Shown here: positions 10,749-27,769 of the stretch, piece by piece
Layout of the letters: each line of letters opens with the position of its first letter
Position numbering within the stretch: the first letter of the stretch is position 1
Assembly (NCBI RefSeq): GCF_009914755.1
Contig: NC_060926.1
Strand: one strand, 5' to 3'
Source of the DNA: the human T2T-CHM13v2.0 reference genome, Homo sapiens
Length of the DNA stretch: 64,000 nt
Program-made: the position numbers and the translations under genes
The notes under the pieces: generated by a model
What the model saw: only the letters and a program-made list of their open reading frames with translations
Told to the model about the DNA's origin: nothing
Database searches by the model: none

Positions 10749-11689
10749 ACACCCCCACCCCAAGGGGAGGAGGGGCACTTTTGCCAGTCACACCATATAA
10801 GCTCTGACTTCCACAATTGTGTGTCTCCTGTCTGCTGTTAAGCCTCATGGCGTGCATTGGTAGCGGCAGCCCCTCATCGTGTTACCCCATGGAAAACTGG
10901 ATCTTGGGGAGCTAGTGCTGCTACGCTGCTCCAACCCAGAGGTCTGACGATTTTATTTCTATACATATATAATTGTGGCATGCTGACTTGTTAGCTTACA
11001 AGTAGGTAACATCTTAGACTTTTCACAATTTTGGACTTAATATTTATTCGAATGACTCCATGTAGTCACTAGCCTTGCCACTGTACTCTTTTTTAAGTGA
11101 AAGTTTTGGTAGATGGTATAATAGAATATTGTGGAAATCAGAGTATTTGTAAATTTTAGAGCAAAAGGTACTCTTGTTTTGTCCTCTAAGTCAACTTTCT
11201 CAATTAACAAATAAGGAATGGTGGCCAATGATATTTAAATGACTTTTCAGGACAAATAATCTTAGGGTCTAATGAAATCTTCAAGAAAAGTAGCTAGAAA
11301 TCCTCTAGTGAGACCCACTTCCTTCTTTCCTGAATCATACATTCTGGTACATTCTGTAAGTTATTATGTTTACCAGTCTTTCTCTCAAGGATACATCTCT
11401 CAAGGATCTCTCAAGGATGCATCTTCCAGTAAGATTTCAACTCCAATTGAGAAATGCATTCATCTAGTTTTGTTGTTTGATTAATGTTTTTTTTTTCTTT
11501 CATTCCTCCCTGCTTGTTTTCCCCCCTTCCAGCTGCAGTATTGTCACTGCCTGGGGATCTTACTGTCAGTCCATCTGTGTCCCAGCCACAGTAACTTGGA
11601 CAATTAATCTTGGCCTCAAAAATGCCCATGCATTCTGTAATAATATTTGGAGGGTGTCATAATGGCAATTCTCTGCGGATGAGGCTTTG

Positions 11690-12050
11690 AAAGAACTCCA
11701 ATTCCCTTCTCTCCTCCTCAGTTCAGCAGTTTCTAGGATGCTGGTTTTTACTGTGATTGTTTATGTTGCTCTTCAAGGCTATCTTGGAGCTGGAAGGAGA
11801 GTATCAAAGGGATAGGGCAAGTTAAAACATCACAAAGAATACTGCTCTTAATGAGCTTCGTTCATTTTTCTAGAATAAATGCTCCCCTGATTGTTTACCT
11901 CTGAAAAAAGTCTTCTGAAGAGTTTGGTTAATTTTCAAAGTTTTGAAAGAGTTGATTTTGACAATATTTTCCAGTCTTCTCCTTGCTTTTATGAGGGGGA
12001 GAGTTTTCAAAAGTCCTTACTCTGTTATTTTTGTTGATGGCCACTTGAGG
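11690..12050 (-). mobile_element. Ancient L1M 5'-end fragment
   Basis: tttttctagaataaatgctccc...gttgattttgacaatattttccagt...gcttttatgagggggagagttttc, resembling old L1M 5' ends. Confidence 0.55.
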
Positions 12051-12369
12051 TTGTTTCAATTTATATAGGTCTCTGCTCTTAGTGTGTGGATGTATGTAAG
12101 AAATATATATTATGTCAAATCTGGAATATAGTGTTTATTCATTCTATAAATAGTGATTCAGGACCTTTTAATTCAAGTCTCTCTGCTAGATACTGAGATT
12201 TACAAAGCTGACATATGTGCTCTCTACCTAAAAGAGCTTACAATTTTTGAGGAATACAGGTAAAATAGACAACTGCATTTCAGTGTGATCATTAACAAAA
12301 ACAAAAACACCAGTATCATGGAAAAGGAAGAATCTTGTGAATTAGGATGTTATGAGATATGTTATCAAT

Positions 12370-12370
<1 letters not shown>

Positions 12371-12406
<36 letters not shown>
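12371..12406 (+). repeat. (GT)18 microsatellite
   Basis: Perfect dinucleotide run. Confidence 0.97.
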
Positions 12407-12408
<2 letters not shown>

Positions 12409-12484
12409 CTATGAAGGGTGTGGATATTCTAGAAAAAAAATTACCAGAATCCATCAAGAGGGAGTATGTATAATTTTACTATAA

Positions 12485-12700
12485 GCAGCAGAGTATGATA
12501 CTTAAAAGCACAAACTCTGAGGATAGACTTCCAGGTTCAAACCCTGGCTTTGCTGTTTCTAAGCCATAAATTTAAGCAAATCACATAACGTCTTTGAATC
12601 TCAGTTTCCTCTTTGGTAGATGGAGTTCCTACAGGTAATTCATAGAGTTGCTGAGGATAGAATAAGTTAATATTCATGGCATACAACAGTGCCTGGTAAT
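12485..12700 (+). mobile_element. MIR SINE
   Basis: ggttcaaaccctggcttt...tctttgaatctcagtttcctc...gttgctgagga...acagtgcctgg. Confidence 0.75.
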
Positions 12701-13090
12701 GGTGTTATAGAAATAGTTATCATTTACATATAGAAAATATAAAAAAGAAAAAATTACAATATAAACTATAGTAAAGTAAAACTTAACAAAATGTTGTCAG
12801 TTGGTGAGAGCTCCCAGGAGAAACAATGATTGTCAATGTTGCAGGGGAGTCAGATACCTCTCAGAGTGTATGCAAATCTCTGGTCAAAAGCATAAATCTG
12901 TGATCATCTGGAGACCTCAGTGTAAAAAGGTGGAGAAACACAGTCCAAAGGTACATAAATGTTGGCATTTTCAACATACTCTATTAGCCTCCCTAACCTC
13001 TGAACAGTCGGTAGAAATGTAGTGTCTTTTTTTATCCAAATAATCAGTATTATGTCAGGAGTCAAACTTTTAACTATACACTTAAGATCC

Positions 13091-13990
13091 CCAGAATCTA
13101 CAATGAACTCAAACAAATTTACAAGAAAAAAACAAACAACCCCATCAACAAGTGGGCGAAGGATATGAACAGACACTTCTCAAAAGAAGACATTTATGCA
13201 GCCAAAAGACACATGAAAAAATGCTCATCATCACTGGCCATCAGAGAAATGCAAATCAAAACCACAATGAGATACCATCTCACACCAGTTAGAATGGCGA
13301 TCATTAAAAAGTCAGGAAACAACAGGTGCTGAGAGGATGTGGAGAAATAGGAACACTTTTACACTGTTGGTGAGACTGTAAACTAGTTCAACCATTGTGG
13401 AAGTCAGTGTGGCGATTCCTCAGACATCTAGAACTAGAAATACCATTTGACCCAGCCATCCCATTACTGGGTATATATCCAAAGGATTATAAATCATGCA
13501 GCTATAAAGATACATGCACATGTATGTTTACTGCGGCACTATTCACAATAGCAAAGACTTGGAACCAACCCAAATGTCCAACAATGATAGACTGGATTAA
13601 GAAAATGTGGCACATATACACCATGGAATACTATGCAGCCAAAAAAATGATGAGTTCACGTCCTTTGTAGGGACATGGATGAAGCTAGAAACCACCATTC
13701 TCAGCAAACTATGGCCAGGACAAAAAACCAAACACCGAATGTTCTCACTCATAGGAGGGAATTGAACAATGAGATCACATGGACACAGGAAGGGGAACAT
13801 CACACACCGGGGCCTGTTGTGGGGTGGGGGGAGGAGGGAGGGATAGCATTAGGAGATATACCTAATGTAAATGACAAGTTAATGGGTGCAGCACACCAAC
13901 ATGGCACATGTATACATATGTAACAAACCTGCACGTTGTGCACATGTACCCTAAAACTTAAAGTATAATAATAAAATTAAAAAACAAAGA
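13091..13990 (+). mobile_element. 5'-truncated L1PA (L1PA4/5-like): end of ORF2, 3'UTR and A-tail
   Basis: ccagaatctacaatgaactc...; ORF2 C-terminal peptide LELEIPFDPAIPLLGIYPKDYKS; G-rich 3'UTR; taccctaaaacttaaagtataata. Confidence 0.95.
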
Positions 13991-15852
13991 AGAGTTAAGG
14001 GTTTGCCCTAGGGAGTCGAGAAAGCCCACAAAGCTCACTGCTAACATGCATTAAATGACATACCATTCCTCAAATTTACTTTTGGACTAAAACCTCTTCA
14101 ATCATACAAGGCACAGGAAACGTATGGCCCCTTCAGTCAAGGTGACTCTAAGCTGTTGACTTGACAAAGAACTTATCTTGGACTGTGGGCAGAGAAATGT
14201 TTAACTGGGCAATGGCCTGATGCCATTTCTCTCCCAACATTTTGTTTTTCTTTTTCAGCTAGGGTTTTGAGACAGCAAGTCACAATACAAGAGAGAGATG
14301 AATTCCTTCATAAAAACAAATAGCAGTACTGAAATCTCAAATTTGGTTTGTATCTTAGGGGAGCCTCAGGCTTCTTTTTTTTCCAGTTAGAAAGCAATCT
14401 GATGGAGTGAGGTGAAATGCGAGAAATAAAGAGGCAATGCATGATTGCTCTGGATTATGTATAAATATATATTTTCATTTCAGTTTTCTGTGGTGAAAGA
14501 ATATAGGTCCAGAATATATGGTATCACTTGAGTCAGCTGTAAATGATGTATGAAATGAAAAATTCTCAGGGGCATGGCTCTGCAAACACTGTCATGCTAG
14601 GCCATTCACAGCTGTGTTAAGCTTAAAGACAACAGAAAAATCTAGGATTTTTTTCTTTTTGCCAAAAAGGACAGTTTGCAGGTATGCATATGAAAGTACA
14701 AAATACAAATATGCAAACACAAAATAACTCTTGAAGATTATTCATTTAAAAACGTTCATTCACAAAACAATTACAAGAATATTTTTTCTCTCAGAATGTG
14801 TTCTTTTATGTATCTCTTATATACAATTGCCAAGAACATAGAGAAAATGTTTAAAGTATATTTTTAATATATTGTTTTGGAACAGACACCAAAATGTAAG
14901 CAAAAATGAAACAAAAAGATGCAATTGCATAATTTTTTATCTGGAGTAGTTGATGAGGACGGAGTGTTAATGAAGCCAAGGCCAAGGTTTAGCCCCATGA
15001 AGTGTTGTTAAGAGCTCTTGGTTTTCTTATCGTATCATAGTTGGCCCTGCATATGGGGTTGGTCTCAAAGTACGCTGTGGGAGAGCAGGACTAGGTCAAA
15101 GAAAGGCTGATGGTCTCTGAGCTCTACCCATCCTAACCTGAAGGCTAAGTTACAGTCATCTCTTACATCTAGGAGATGGTTTCTCTCAGTGGAGTCTCAT
15201 TCTCCATTCCAGACTGCAATTGGTCAGCCCTCTTTGGGGCAAAATTGTGTCATATCTGAAAAAGTGTTATGTCACTCTGATACCTCAGTAGCTGTTTTCT
15301 TTGTATGTAAAGCCCCCTCAAGTAGTATAATTTGAGAGATTAATTTCATTCTTGGAGCATGTCTTATAATTGTGTTAATTCACTTTTTCCCATTAATTTC
15401 TGGCTTATCCAAAAAGTCAATGACAGATAATACTGTCACGTGAATATTCCATGTAATACTGTTCATGTCTCAGTTTCTTTTACTAGTGAAAGGGGAAAAT
15501 GGAATTGGTTCTGGGCGTTGGGCTGAGAGCAGAACCATTTAATAGCTGGCATACTACCTCTGTGTTGTCTCTCCCTGGGTTCTGAGAGCCATGTGTTCCA
15601 AATGGCCTAGCTACAGACAATAGGTCCTATACTAACTGTGCGTGTGGAGTAACCCCTACTCCATATTTGTCTTGTAAAATGAATGTAAAATAAACTTTAT
15701 TAAGTTAGCTATTGAGATTGGCAGTAAATTTGTTAACATCCATCTCCTATTTGACTCTGAATACCAAATTTCAAACGCTTTGCAAATAAATGCATACATG
15801 AATTTGGAGTGTCATTTTGAATGTGGGAAAGTATATTCACCTGTCATTTTTT

Positions 15853-18422
<2,570 letters not shown>

Positions 18423-18424
18423 GT

Positions 18425-19848
18425 GATATAAATATATACATATATGTATATATACATACATACATATAAATATATATACTAATATGTATATATAAATATA
18501 TAAATATATATACACGTGTATATATAAATATATATGTATATATAAATATATATACATATATGTATATAAAAATATATACGTATATACGTATATACGTATA
18601 TATAGATATATACGTATATACGTATATACGTATATATAGATATATACGTATATACGTATATATAGATATATACGTATATACGTATATATAGATATATACG
18701 TATATACGTATATACGTATACATGTGTATATACGTATATACACATATACGTATACATGTGTATATACGTATATGTATACATTATATATACGTATATATAC
18801 ATATATGTATACATGTATATATAAATATATACATATATGTATATATTATACATATATGTATATATAATATATATATTATATATAATATATATATTATATA
18901 TAATATATATATTATATATAATATATTATATATTATATATTATATATATATTATATATAATATATTATATATTATATATAATATATATATAATATATAAT
19001 ATATAATATATTATATATAATATATATATTATATATAATATATACATATATAATATATTATATATGTACATATGTACATAATGTATATATGTATATATAT
19101 AATATATATGCACATGTATATATAATATATGTATATTATATATACATATGTATATATGTACATATTATATATGTATATATGTACCTATTATATATACATA
19201 TGTATATATGTACCTATTATATATACATATGTATATATGTACATATTATATATACATATGTATATATGTACATATTATATATACATATGTATATATGTGC
19301 ATGCATATATAATATATAATATATTATAGATTATAATATTATATACATATCATATATTATATACTTATATATACATGTATATATTATATACATATTATAT
19401 ATTATATACATATAATATATGTATATAATATATACATATATTATATATTATATATAATACATTATGTTATATATTATGTTATATAATATATATTATATAA
19501 TATACATATATTATATATAATATATACATATATAATAAATAATATATAATTATATATATAATATATGCATATAAATATGTAATATATTTTATATTATATA
19601 TGATCATATATAATATGACATATTATATATGATTATATATATGATATATTATATATGATTATATATATTATATATAAATATATGATTATATATAATCATA
19701 TATATAAATATATGATTATATGATTATATATAAATATATATATATGATTATATGATTATATATAATTGATTATATATGATTATATATAAATATATGATAT
19801 ATGATTATATATAAATATATGATATATATGATTATAAATATATATACA
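18425..19848. repeat. About 1.4 kb compound TA-rich micro/minisatellite
   Basis: Successive blocks of tatatacg, tatataa, tatatacatatgtatatatgtacatat and tatatga units. Confidence 0.97.
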
Positions 19849-20493
19849 CAAGATTCAAGATGACAGGGATCTATTTTGTTTATTATGTAGTCCAAGCACA
19901 AAAGATGGTTTATAGTGCATTATAGAATATAAATATTTGATGGGTGAAAACTAACAGTGTAAAAAGGGCATATGTGCCATTCTAGAAGTCTGTAGATTCT
20001 CACAGAAACCACTGCAGGTGCAGTAGAAATGTCATGGAACAGAGGACAGCATCCTGGAGTGATAGCCCATGGGCTACCTGAATGTTAATAAATGAAAAAC
20101 ACAGGCTCAGAGGTCTGACACATAGCTGAAGATAAGCATATAGTAACCTTATTAGCACTTCGTCATTATTCTAAAGCCAAGTGCAATGGCTTGTCTCACT
20201 GAATGGGATAAGCCTGGGTGCTGTCAAATTCATATCATGAGTCACATATAACTTCAGATCCATGCTGATCATGCATGCACAGTAGTGTTACATTAAAACG
20301 TGACATTTTAAGATTAGTTTGCCAAATACAACCCCAAAGTATAAAATTGAATCCATGTTAAAAAATGTAACCGCTATTTATTGAAAAACTACAGGTGGGT
20401 GGTACTAATCTAGGGGATAAGTCATGAAGAAAACTAAGATTAAAAAGTTACATATTATTCCATAGTAACCCACAAAACTCCAGAAACCCCATT

Positions 20494-20870
20494 GCACATA
20501 TACACCATGGAATATTATGCAGCCATAAAAAATGATGAGTTTATGTCCTTTGTAGGGACATGGATGAAGCTGGAAACCATCATTCTCAGCAAACTATCGC
20601 AAGGACAAAAAACCAAACACAGCATGTTCTCACTCATAGGTGTGAATTGAACAATGAGAACACATGAACACAGGAAAGGGAACATCACACACCGGGGCCT
20701 GTTGTGGGGTGGGGGGAGGGGGGAGGGATAGCATTTGGAGATATACCTAATGTAAATGAAGAGTTACTGGGCAGAGCACACAAACATGGCACATGTATAC
20801 ATATGTAACTAACCTGCACAATGTGCACATGTACCCTAAAACTTAAAGTATAATAAAAAGTAAAAAAGAG
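20494..20870 (+). mobile_element. 5'-truncated L1PA 3' end
   Basis: gcacatatacaccatggaata...ggggtggggggaggggggaggg...taccctaaaacttaaagtataataaaa. Confidence 0.95.
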
Positions 20871-21049
20871 AAGTAAGGTATGTGGGCTATGCATTAATTT
20901 TGCTATTCTGTGGAAGAGTTTCCCCAAGGTCACTTTTGATGTTCTGCTGTTTTCTGTATACTTTTGTTTGAAGAAAATATGTAGCCATATTTCTTTATTA
21001 TCCTAGGAAGCTTGTAAGAAACTTTCCCTGAACTGATTTTTTCTTCTTT

Positions 21050-22000
21050 TTTTTTGGTAACAACTCTACTGAGATATAACTCACACACCATAAACGTTAT
21101 CTCATAAAGTGAACAATTCAATCATGTCTAGTATATTCACAATTAATTTAAGAACATTTCATTATCTCAGAAAAATATCCATACCTTTCAGCTACTACCC
21201 CAAATTTCCTCATTCTCCCAATTCCTAGGCAATCGTTAATGCACTTTCTGTCTTTATATATTTGACTATGGTGGAAATTTCACATAAATGGAATCATGTA
21301 ACACATGGTCTTACGTAGAATGGTTTCTGTCACTTAGCATAATGTTTTCAAGTTTCATCCATGATGCAACATGTATCAGCATCTCATTCCTTTTAGTTGA
21401 GTGATAGTATTTACACTGTATCCACTGTATGGATGTATCAGATTGTATTTAACTATTACTCACATAATAGCTATTTGGATTGTTTCAACTTTTTGGATAT
21501 TATTAACAATGCTCCTGTGAACATTCATGTATGAGTTTTTTTTTTGGTAAATATACTTTTTTCAGTTTTCTGAGGTATATAGGCAGGCTTATAATCACTC
21601 GGTCAAATGGTAATTCTGTGCTTACCTTTCAGAGGAATTTATAAGAACAAGTGGCTCTACCATTTTATATTCCCTCAAAAACGGTGTGAGGATTCTGATT
21701 TTTTCACATCCTTGACAAAACTTGTTACCTTACTAATTTCAGTAGTAGGTGTTGAGTGGTACTTCACTGCTGTTTTGATTTATATTTCCCGGATGATTAA
21801 GTATGTCAAGCATCTTTTCATATGCTTGACTATTGGCTATTTGCATATTGGCTATTTGCATATCTTCTATAGAGAAACGCCTATTCAGTTAATTTGCCTA
21901 TTTTTAAATGGGATCATGTTGATTTGTAAGAATTATTTTTGTATTTTAGATACAGGTTCCTTATCAGATATATAATTTGCAAATATTTTCTCCTATTCAA
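21050..22000 (-). mobile_element. L1MB-type 3' fragment
   Basis: gagatataactcacacaccataaa...tttcacataaatggaatcat...cacttagcataatgttttcaag...ccttatcagatatataatttgcaaatattttctc. Confidence 0.85.
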
Positions 22001-22019
22001 TGTAATGTATTGAGCTGGT

Positions 22020-22655
22020 ACTCAGCAGAATGGAAGGCAACTGTAGTCTAGTCTTCATAAACTAAACTTAGACTGCTTCACAGACTTCTTAGACTGCTTC
22101 TCCTAACAAGGAATCTCAGCTTTACAAACAGTCTACAGCACGGGGATGAGAACCCCAATATTCTCAATGTGTTGCACCTAAAATAGAGCTTCCATTTTAT
22201 CAGCGGCGCCTGAGCAGAGAAAAAAACCCCTCTCTTGGTTGTAATTGCTAAGAAGTTAGCCTCTGCAACTGGCAGCTGGGGAAAGGATGAGAAATGCTGA
22301 CATCCCCATTTTATAAAGATATGATTTCCCTCTGACTGGGATCTGGGGAAAAGGGAGTCCTGTGTTCTCAATCTTTTCTGCTTTGCTTGTAGGTGGCCAT
22401 ATTATTCCTATGTCTTCACATGGGCTTTCCTTTGCACCTGATTTCTACTGAATTTTAGTAGCTTTTATAGTTATCCTTAAAGGTTATTCTTGAAGTAAGC
22501 TTTCTTGAAGAATAAATGTTCCTTCATTCACTATATTCTCATAGAATTGTTTCCATAGACTTTAAACAAATGTTTGGTTTTGAAAATGGTTTTCATTAGT
22601 TTTATCAGGGAGGATATCCATGGATCTCTTCACGTTGCCATCTTGAATTGGAACT
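22020..22655 (-). mobile_element. Probable ancient L1M 5' fragment
   Basis: Ends gaataaatgttccttc...ttttgaaaat...cttcacgttgccatcttgaattggaac, similar to the 11690-12050 fragment type. Confidence 0.45.
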
Positions 22656-23013
22656 TCTGAACTCATTCTCTCAAAATCCATTTTTAATGAAAAGATAGTA
22701 TACATGTAACTAGAAGCTGATGAAATAGATTGTTGGAGTTAGCTGCTTATGAAGGAATCTGCTATCTGATCCACCTAGAAAATTGCCTGATTTTGCCATC
22801 ACAGTATTGTTGCATTTGAATTGGAGTGACTTTTTCATACAAGTGCTTGTCATTGAACTAAAAGAAAATAAGCAGGAATTGCAATTGCACCAAGCTTAAA
22901 CTAGTTTAGCTGTTTTTATCAGGAAATCAAAAGAGGTTTACATATAAGAGGGTTAAATAAGTATATCATGTGAGCCCATTCTGCCACACTTTTCCGTCTG
23001 GGTAAAAGGGTGT

Positions 23014-23065
23014 GGAAAAATCCACATATAAGTGGATTCATGCAGTTCAAATCCATGCTGTCAAT

Positions 23066-23115
<50 letters not shown>

Positions 23116-23317
23116 AGAGAGAAAGAGAGAGAGCATAAAAATCATGATAAGTAATGTACATCCTCTGCATCCGTTTTTTTCTTAGGGTTTCCATTCTCCA
23201 ATGTGTACAACTCACTTGTTTCCTTGGATTATTTTTCTGGCCAATTCCTTGAAAGTTATAAATTGTGTTTTGTAAATAACTGGCTTCGATTTCATGATTC
23301 CACCCGATATAATTAAA
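23014..23317 (+). repeat. Direct duplicate of 24168-24460 (MER8 3' end, (GATA)n and unique flank)
   Basis: ggaaaaatccac...(gata)n...gatataattaaa present in both copies. Confidence 0.93.
23066..23113 (+). repeat. (GATA)n tetranucleotide STR
   Basis: About 12 units. Confidence 0.95.
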
Positions 23318-23696
23318 GGGGTTTCCCATCATCCCTCACTCTGTTTTCTATGAGAGACACAATTCATACGTTACCCACGTGGAGGGTGACCTCCCTGATA
23401 CCCCACTTCTATTCCAGACTGCTCTGTGTGCTCCCATATCACTGCGCTTACTTGCACCATTAGATTTTCCACCCTCTGTTAAAATTTCCCATTTATTCTT
23501 TTGAATTACACTGTAACTTTTCTTGAGGGAAGCAGCAATGTCTTATTCATAACTTTAAGCACAGGACCTCATACAATACATGGCAAACTATAGGTATTCA
23601 GCAAATATTCATTAAATTATATGGTTTAAATTTGCTCCCAAATTATTCGTGCATGCACACACACACATACACATATTATATATATATTCTTCCTAT

Positions 23697-23783
23697 GTAT
23701 ATATTCTTCATATATATATTCTTCATATATATATTCTTCATATATATATTCTTCATATATATATATTCTTCATATATATATAT
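23697..23783 (+). repeat. 15-bp minisatellite (atattcttcatatat), about 5 copies
   Basis: Read directly from the sequence. Confidence 0.9.
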
Positions 23784-23867
23784 AATCATCCTGTCTTCAC
23801 ATGGACTTTCATTTGCACCTCATGTTTACTGAGTTTTAGTAGGTTTTATTGTTATAAATCATGTTAT

Positions 23868-23945
23868 GAATCATGAATTCGAAGCCTGTTACTTACAAAA
23901 CACAATTTGTAACTTTCAAGAAATTGGCCAGAAAAATAATTCAAG
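23868..23945 (-). repeat. Inverted third copy of 23223-23300 / 24366-24443
   Basis: gaatcatgaattcgaagcc...ccagaaaaataattcaag is the reverse complement of cttgaatta..tctggcc...ggcttcgatttcatgattc. Confidence 0.92.
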
Positions 23946-23992
23946 TTTTATCAGCTTTATTATATATATATAATATATATATTTATAGATAA

Positions 23993-24222
23993 ATAGTTGT
24001 TCCTTGGTATATGTGGAAGATTGGTTTCAGGACCCCTGCAGATACCAAAATCTGTGGATACCCAAGTCCCTCAGTCTGCCCTGCAGAACCCGCATATAAA
24101 AAGTCGGCCCTACATATTTGCAGGTTTTGTATCCCATGAATGCTCTGTTTTGATCCCCATTTGGTTGGGAAAAATCCACTTATAAGTGGGTCCATACAAT
24201 TCAAACCCATGCTGTCAACGAC
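23993..24222 (+). mobile_element. MER8-like TcMar-Tigger MITE
   Basis: tagttgttccttggtat...gattggtttcaggaccc...gataccaaaatc...caagtccctcagt...aaaagtcggccct...ttcaaacccatgctgtcaa. Confidence 0.85.
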
Positions 24223-24224
24223 AA

Positions 24225-24225
<1 letters not shown>

Positions 24226-24268
<43 letters not shown>
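24226..24268 (+). repeat. (GATA)n STR, paralog of 23066-23113
   Basis: About 10-11 units. Confidence 0.95.
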
Positions 24269-24269
<1 letters not shown>

Positions 24270-24894
24270 AGAGAGAATAAAGATCATGATAAATAATGTG
24301 CATCCTCTGCATCCATTTTTTTTCTTATGGTTTCCATTCTCTAATATGCATAACTCACTTGTTTTCTTGAATTAGTTTTCTGGCCTATTTCTTGAAAGTT
24401 ATAAATTGTGTTTTGTAAATAAATGGCTTCGATTTCATGATTCCACTCGATATAATTAAATTGGAAAGGCTTCACTTTGATGACACTAATTTGCTGGTCC
24501 TGCTTTGACCATTGATAAGAATCAGTTCAAGATATACCCCCACATTGCTAAAGGAAGCAGTAATTTGCCACATTTATCATTTTCTGTCTCCTGTGGAGCA
24601 TACTCACCAGGGTTTCTAAATTAATATGATGGAATTGAAGGTAACTGTAATTACAATATTCTATCTCATCCTCCATCATTCTTCATCCACAATGTTCCAT
24701 TGAACTATATGAGAAAAGGAAAGACTACTTTCTTGTGTTATTATTTGCCATCAAACTGATTCATTATGTTTCTCTTTTGTTCCTAATTATAGTTATCCAC
24801 CTTCCCCATCTCTAAAAGTAGAAACAATATGTCTTTGGCTCTTTGACATCTTTTATCTCCATATAATGCAAAGCTGTGTATAGCATGTAGGTTA

Positions 24895-25350
24895 TAAATC
24901 AACAGATATTGAGAGAGAACCTATCATATGCAAAATATGGTGGAGAATTTGATAGCTATAAAATGACATACCTGATACTAGGGAGGTTAAAATCCAGTTG
25001 GAATAATGAGGCATGCATTAATAGCCAAAGAGATAAATATAGAAGAGTGGTGGTAATAACATCTTAAGGTTAAAGATTTAAGTAAGACTCTTCTTTAAGA
25101 GGCCAAGGAGATTTCATGGGAAAAGAAAGGTTTCAGATGGGAAGTTTATGAATAGGTACTTCAGGATAAATAGAGAGGATGGATATTAGGTACAAAGAAT
25201 GTTATAAGAAAAAGTCAGAAATGAGCAAGTCACGTTATGGAGATGGCGCTCTTAAATAGAGAGTTTGTGTAGGTGTAAAATAAGAGATGGAGTTGTGCAC
25301 ACTGGGCTTGGGGACAATTGCAGAGGGTGTGGTGAGGCTGAAGACACTGA
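24895..25350 (-). mobile_element. L2 fragment
   Basis: aacagatattgag...acctatcatatgcaa...ggaggttaaaatccag..., a degenerate L2 pattern. Confidence 0.45.
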
Positions 25351-25439
25351 TGTCTTTTGAACAGAAAACTCACCTGTGGACTGGAAAGTTTAAAGGAAAT
25401 TGTGATTTCTTCCTGAACTGACTTATTTTTCTAATGTTC

Positions 25440-25625
25440 TCTTCTATTTTATCAACATCATTGTGGTATAATTTATATAAAATGAACTGCACCCATTTTA
25501 AGTGTATGCTTATCAAGTTTTGACAAATATGTACACTGTACTCACACAACAATCAAGACACATAATATTTTAATCACCTCCAAATTTTCTCCATGCCCCG
25601 TTGTAATCAACTTTCTCTTCTTACC
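25440..25625 (-). mobile_element. L1MB/MC 3' end fragment
   Basis: ggtataatttatataaaatgaactgcacccattttaagtgta...ttttgacaaatatgtacac...acaatcaagaca. Confidence 0.8.
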
Positions 25626-26221
25626 ACTATACGTTAATATACATTTTCTATTTTGAAAGGTTTTTACTTGGGATTTTCCTTGTATAAGTCCCAAGCAACA
25701 TTTGATCATTTTTACTGTTAACCAAAACAAAAACAAATACATTTTCAACGTCCTAGTAAGACAGGATGGTACGATATGTATGTGGAGTGTGACTGCTGAC
25801 TTACTGTAATTTGAGAGATCATATTGAATAATCTTCCATAAAATAAAATCCTGACTACATTTGCTTATGTCTTTATTTTACTTGGATATTAATAAAAAGT
25901 AACAATGTCAAGAATGTGACTAGGTACATGAGCAAGAGGTTGGCCATTGATAATTTATATCTTTTGTAGGCATTTAATTAAAAATTCATTTCTAATTGTT
26001 AGGGTTTTCTTCAAAGAAAACCCTCTGAAAACCCTTTGGTCTCTGAAAAGAGACCAAAGTCTCTCTTTTCAGTTTCATATATTTTTGTAAGTCATAGGCT
26101 TATAGAGTTTATATGCTGAACTTACGAAATTTTCTAGCATCCTTAAAGTTTCCAGCCATAGAAAAACAAATATTTAGTACACAATTAATCTAATTATCCT
26201 TAATCTGGATGACTTCCTTAT

Positions 26222-27558
<1,337 letters not shown>

Positions 27559-27769
27559 TGAAATTCTTATCATTAACTTATTGTTTAGTGACTGGAGACA
27601 AAAGAAGAGTAAGACCGTACCACACAATGGAAGCCATCTCAATCAAATGATTTTTTTTTACAACTTTGTTTTTTCTAAATGTAATAGTAGAACGAAACTT
27701 GGAAGATAATTTAACACATACATTTTAAGAAGCAAAAAGCAAAGTGTAAAAACAAAAATCACCTACATT

